This document shows, piece by piece, positions 16,643 to 20,000 of a DNA stretch of 20,000 nucleotides. Under the pieces are notes generated by a model, which was given only the letters and a program-made list of their open reading frames with translations, ran no database searches and was not told where the DNA came from. Numbering within the stretch: the stretch's first letter is position 1; every line of letters starts with the position of its first letter. Both the position numbers and the translations under genes were made by a program. The DNA is from an uncultured virus (IMG/VR IMGVR_UViG_3300024503_000494) (lineage: Duplodnaviria; Heunggongvirae; Uroviricota; Caudoviricetes): IMG/VR virus record IMGVR_UViG_3300024503_000494, positions 58,914-78,913 of that record, one strand, 5' to 3'.

Positions 16643-16818
16643 GCAGTCTCCTTGATAGAATCAGCAACCAATTTGTGGCAGGTGTTCAGGGTCAGCATCA
16701 TCACGTGTGCAGCCAGCGCAGCATCCTGGCCTGTGAACTGATTGATTATATCGTGCAGCTCGTTGAGATCTGCGGGAGTGTGCCAAATATTGCTATGTGG
16801 AATCGGGTTAGTCATCAT
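16639..16818 (-). CDS. 58-59-aa protein (not in ORF track)
   Basis: MMTNPIPHSNIWHTPADLNELHDIINQF...; AAGGAGCGA RBS after a promoter. Confidence 0.75.
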   Translation of the reverse strand: MMTNPIPHSNIWHTPADLNELHDIINQFTGQDAALAAHVMMLTLNTCHKLVADSIKETA

Positions 16819-16844
16819 TCGCTCCTTAACGTTACAATACCTGT

Positions 16845-16873
16845 ATTATACTGCCGAACACCCAAGGTGTCAA
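16845..16873 (-). promoter_or_regulatory. sigma70-type early promoter
   Basis: TTGACA-17-TATAAT; -35 overlaps the upstream TGA stop. Confidence 0.9.
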
Positions 16874-17202
16874 TCACCTCGAATGTCCGTGTTCAGTGTA
16901 GGGTTAACAGCTCTACGGATTTCTACTTCCCTACGGTGTGCAGCCGCTTTGCCGCGGATGACCTCATGTACAAGTACTTCAATCTCGTTCTTGTTCGCGA
17001 GCTTGCGCAGTTCTTGACACAAGAGCCAGTTCTTCGACTCTGTTTTGGCACGATAGAAGTGTTTCGCGGCACGTGCCAACACTGACTTATTAATAGTTGA
17101 CTCTGTCTTGGCAGTGACGCCAATGTAGTTTTGACCATTAACACGCAGTTCGTAGATGATGTGATTGCGATCTACACGCTTCTTTCGTTGTACAGTGGTC
17201 AT
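16870..17202 (-). CDS. Minimal GIY-YIG-like nuclease domain protein
   Basis: IIY-x8-YIGVT, conserved R..H, E (RREVE) and LN; start reassigned after the AAGGAGCGAG RBS. Confidence 0.75.
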   Translation of the reverse strand: MTTVQRKKRVDRNHIIYELRVNGQNYIGVTAKTESTINKSVLARAAKHFYRAKTESKNWLLCQELRKLANKNEIEVLVHEVIRGKAAAHRREVEIRRAVNPTLNTDIRGD

Positions 17203-17226
17203 TGCTCGCTCCTTCAACATATGTAT

Positions 17227-17255
17227 ATTGTACGATCGAACTGCCAAAATGTCAA
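17227..17255 (-). promoter_or_regulatory. sigma70-type early promoter
   Basis: TTGACA-17-TACAAT. Confidence 0.85.
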
Positions 17256-17287
17256 CCAATTTGTTAAAGACCCTAGAGGGCCTAGGG

Positions 17288-17416
17288 TTATTTGACGTGA
17301 TCCTCGATTAGCTGCGCGAGTGCAGCAATTGCGTCTTGCTGAGCTTCGTCGTCGAGATCCGTGTAGTGCTGTATACGTGCTAAAGCAGCGTAGAAGACGT
17401 GCTGTAGTTCTGTCAT
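17288..17416 (-). CDS. 42-aa protein (not in ORF track)
   Basis: MTELQHVFYAALARIQHYTDLDDEAQQDAIAALAQLIEDHVK; AAGGA RBS after a promoter. Confidence 0.6.
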   Translation of the reverse strand: MTELQHVFYAALARIQHYTDLDDEAQQDAIAALAQLIEDHVK

Positions 17417-17438
17417 TGCTGTCCTTGTTTAAATGCAT

Positions 17439-17467
17439 ATTATACAAGCAAACAGCATTTTGGACAA
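17439..17467 (-). promoter_or_regulatory. sigma70-type promoter (variant -35)
   Basis: TTGTCC-17-TATAAT. Confidence 0.6.
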
Positions 17468-17468
17468 G

Positions 17469-17502
17469 AAAAAACCCTATAGTTTACTAGGCTATAGGGT
17501 TT
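17469..17502 (-). terminator. Intrinsic terminator after the tRNA cluster
   Basis: CCCTATAG/CTATAGGG stem followed by T6. Confidence 0.75.
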
Positions 17503-17549
17503 CTCCCGTGCTGCTGCACTCTGCGCCAGTGACTAGATGGCTCGCAGCT

Positions 17550-17627
<78 letters not shown>

Positions 17628-17631
17628 TAAC

Positions 17632-17708
17632 TGGCCACGCATAAGGGATTCGAACCCCTGACCCACAGCTTAGAAGGCTGTTGCTCTATCCAACTGAGCT
17701 AATGCGTG
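17632..17708 (-). tRNA. tRNA-Arg(TCT)
   Basis: CACGCAT/ATGCGTG acceptor, ACAGC-CTTCTAA-GCTGT, GTTCGAAT, CCA. Confidence 0.95.
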
Positions 17709-17715
17709 AATTAAA

Positions 17716-17800
17716 TGGTGCGACTGACCAGAATCGAACTGGTATGCATTGCTGCGAGGGATTTTAAGTCCCTTGTGTCTACCTATTTCACCACAGTCGC
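17716..17800 (-). tRNA. tRNA-Leu(TAA)
   Basis: GCGACTG/CAGTCGC acceptor, AGGGA-CTTAAAA-TCCCT, long variable arm, CCA. Confidence 0.95.
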
Positions 17801-17816
17801 GACGTCTTACTAGTAG

Positions 17817-18080
17817 TTAATCTCGATTCTCTAAAGGTTGTGTTACTTCTGGATTGTACGCAGCAACCATCCTGTGCAGGGGTTCCATACGCTGCTGCAT
17901 AACGTGAGGCGCTGCTCGTTCAATTTGATCTAGATCCCACGATGAAGGATAGTGTCGTAAGATGCTGCGAGCTTCCTCACGAACTGCCTTGGGCACACGG
18001 GCATAATGCCCACCCGCTAGACGTTGAAGAAACTCTGCTGCGGTCTTAACACTACGATACCGCTCATCTGGAAGTGTCAT
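17817..18080 (-). CDS. BPSL0761-like small protein
   Basis: MTLPDERYRSV...FL...VPKAVREEARSILRHYP; start reassigned after the AGGAGC RBS. Confidence 0.7.
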   Translation of the reverse strand: MTLPDERYRSVKTAAEFLQRLAGGHYARVPKAVREEARSILRHYPSSWDLDQIERAAPHVMQQRMEPLHRMVAAYNPEVTQPLENRD

Positions 18081-18125
18081 TGATTCTCTGCTCCTAGTTA
18101 GTGCTCGTTTCTTAAGCATATGTAT

Positions 18126-18154
18126 ATTATACGAGCAGAACCCCAACTTGTCAA
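18126..18154 (-). promoter_or_regulatory. sigma70-type early promoter (also likely drives the tRNAs)
   Basis: TTGACA-17-TATAAT. Confidence 0.9.
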
Positions 18155-18168
18155 CTCTTTTTGGCAAA

Positions 18169-18396
18169 TTAGTCAGTATTCTGCAGCGGGGCCTTCCCCA
18201 GTTTCCGTGCTGCACGTTCACGAATTGCTGCAAAGATCTTATAGTTGTGATTGTCCCGCCAGATCATCTCAGCTACGCAGCGTGCCAGAAAGCCCGTGGC
18301 CCAAATGAATGCCAGAGTCTTGTCTTGACTAGTATAGGGATTAACTCCCGCGATCTCACGCAGAACCCATTCAGCTATGTCTTTTGAGTCTTTCAT
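18169..18396 (-). CDS. Hypothetical protein, 75 aa
   Basis: ATG ORF with AGGT RBS. Confidence 0.6.
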   Translation of the reverse strand: MKDSKDIAEWVLREIAGVNPYTSQDKTLAFIWATGFLARCVAEMIWRDNHNYKIFAAIRERAARKLGKAPLQNTD

Positions 18397-18981
18397 TATG
18401 TTACCTACGCAGCGGGGCCACTATAAGCAGAGACTCAGGATAATGGCTAGACCACAGGCAAGCACTATACGAGCATGACGGCGCTCTAGCCAACTCTTAC
18501 TGTATATAGATTCGTATATGAGTATGAGGACCAAGGGCAGAGTTGCACAGCATATATAGGTTAACATCAGATCGCTCCTGAGTATACAGTATATATCTAG
18601 AATCACTCGCAGCGGGGCCACTGTATATAGGTCGTTAGAACAGTCTAGAACGCTAGTTCTAGAGTGAATTCGTGTCTAGAAAACGGTCAAACGGTTCGAA
18701 CTAGGGAGATCTACTGTAAATTTTATAGTAGACTAAAAGTCTAGAACGGTGGTATGAGAGGCTATGCTCAAATGGTCACACAATTTCACACTTTATCACA
18801 CTTTCTACTACTTTTCTGCACCCTTTTCCAATCCCCACCAGGTCGCTAGACCTCTATACGCATCTTGGGGGTCAGTAAATCACACTTACTGAGCTTTTTC
18901 CAGCGTATATACGCACATTGAGCGTGCTCACGCTAGACTTATTATGCGTATACGTATATGTCACTATAGCGCAGCGGGGCC
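18183..18981 (+). repeat. Dispersed direct repeat GCAGCGGGGCC (four copies here, one at 9645)
   Basis: Exact 11-mer at 18183, 18409, 18609, 18971 and 9645. Confidence 0.85.
18421..18567 (-). CDS. Small 2-TM peptide, 48 aa
   Basis: MLTYICC start after AGGAGCGAT RBS. Confidence 0.5.
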   Translation of the reverse strand: MLTYICCATLPLVLILIYESIYSKSWLERRHARIVLACGLAIILSLCL

Positions 18982-19055
18982 TTTAATGACTTAGTATATA
19001 GTAAACATAGTATACACATACTACCGCTATGCTCACTACCAGTGCTTGTGTTCGA

Positions 19056-19313
19056 TTATCCATTTGTAAATAACTCCTCACTCTCTATAGTATCTTCTAC
19101 TATGCAGTAAGTTGCTTCTAGTATGTCTCCGTCTATGTTACGACACAACTCTACTTCCCAGTTATCAAACATATATACACGTTCAATACGAGTTATGAAA
19201 CCCAGTCTATGATTACGCGATCTCTGTGCTATACGAGCACCAGCAAGAGTTCTGTACCATTTTAGGCGTCTCAGAGTATCTTTATGCACTAAGTAATAGA
19301 CCGTTGTCTGCAT
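19056..19313 (-). CDS. Hypothetical protein, 85 aa
   Basis: TAAATA (19319-19324, minus) 5 nt before the ATG. Confidence 0.65.
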   Translation of the reverse strand: MQTTVYYLVHKDTLRRLKWYRTLAGARIAQRSRNHRLGFITRIERVYMFDNWEVELCRNIDGDILEATYCIVEDTIESEELFTNG

Positions 19314-19332
19314 AGGGATATTTAACCAAGGT

Positions 19333-19539
19333 ATGCGAGATACTAGATTATTTTGTTATAGATTACGCTCTGACGTTGACTATGATTCGGAGATTGTTTG
19401 GGCATATGTACAGCGTTCGGGCGGCCATATTAGTATTAGAGCAGACTCCATAGACTTTTGGGTCTCGCCCTCTGCGGAACTATTCTTGATCTGTGCGTGG
19501 CCTTTATTAGAGCGTAGGAGAAACGAAGACTATGTATAA
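19333..19539 (+). CDS. Hypothetical protein, 68 aa
   Basis: ATG ORF divergent from 19056-19313. Confidence 0.6.
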   Translation: MRDTRLFCYRLRSDVDYDSEIVWAYVQRSGGHISIRADSIDFWVSPSAELFLICAWPLLERRRNEDYV

Positions 19540-19620
19540 AAAATCGCTGCCGGATTTTTGCTGCGCTGCTGCTTCGCAGCCAGTGAATTATCCCAAGCTC
19601 GTTTGGGTAAATATTAGACT

Positions 19621-19848
19621 ATGAATGAACTACGTTATTTTAAAATCATCGATGAATCAGTGATTCCTGACATAGAACTTTGGGTCGCAGATCTCGCTAA
19701 TAGATCTACACTGATACGAGCTTCGGACGGTGCCAGTGTGGTCATTGACATTGAGCCCTGGAGGACGATACCTTCGGAGCGAGATCGCAGTCTAGAGTTT
19801 GAACGTAGATTTGGCTCTGCGGTCTTGCGATCTGAGTTTCCTAGGTAA
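19621..19848 (+). CDS. Hypothetical protein, 75 aa
   Basis: TAAATA at 19608-19613 before the ATG. Confidence 0.6.
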   Translation: MNELRYFKIIDESVIPDIELWVADLANRSTLIRASDGASVVIDIEPWRTIPSERDRSLEFERRFGSAVLRSEFPR

Positions 19849-19855
19849 ATATCAT

Positions 19856-20000
19856 ATGCGCCTAATTATTCTCTCTGCGGTGTTTTGGTTATCTGGTTGT
19901 GCCACTGTCACTCAGTGGATTCCTTCATTTTGGGATGCAAATCAAAGTCACTATATAGTTGAGGCTAGATTGAAGATCGAGCAGATCAACTGTGAAGAAC
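19856..20000 (+). CDS. Putative lipoprotein (3'-partial)
   Basis: MRLIILSAVFWLSGC lipobox; TAAATA at 19846-19851; open to the window end. Confidence 0.7.
   Translation, partial: MRLIILSAVFWLSGCATVTQWIPSFWDANQSHYIVEARLKIEQINCEE

Noticed and set aside
16870..17202. Intron-encoded homing endonuclease
   Set aside because: Only about 110 aa, with its own promoter and RBS, no interrupted host gene and no C-terminal DNA-binding extension.
4618..17447. Alternative-frame minus ORFs (4618-4854, 4718-4945, 5863-6123, 6120-6302, 9676-10107, 14097-14357, 17214-17447 and similar)
   Set aside because: They overlap better-supported genes, cross promoters and lack the RBS motif.

Overview
A 20-kb segment of a large tailed dsDNA phage genome, probably infecting a proteobacterium (inference). 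The core (about 4130-18570) is a minus-strand early or host-takeover-type region. It holds about 40 mostly short genes in 1-3-gene units, each behind its own near-consensus sigma70 promoter. I found 23 such promoters, all with 17-bp spacers and 20 with an exact TTGACA. Recognisable products in the core are a MoxR-like AAA+ ATPase next to a HExxH-metallopeptidase/vWA protein, a second P-loop ATPase, a minimal GIY-YIG protein, a SWIM-finger protein, a GcrA-C-terminal-like Cys protein, HTH proteins and three tRNAs (Ile2-CAT, Arg-TCT, Leu-TAA). The flanks carry TAAATA late-type promoter motifs and auxiliary genes: two 2OG-Fe(II) oxygenases, a SAM methyltransferase and an SGNH-like protein. The most unusual feature is a candidate RNA-level control system. 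Many early genes share an extended ribosome-binding motif, GGAGCGA(A). Two genes that lack it carry an identical 15-nt 3'-UTR element with the exact complement, and the MoxR gene's own RBS is perfectly complementary to its stop-codon region. Two further palindromic operator-like motif families and a repeat-rich non-coding region (about 18570-19055) are also present. All family assignments come from motif recognition by eye; no database searches were run.
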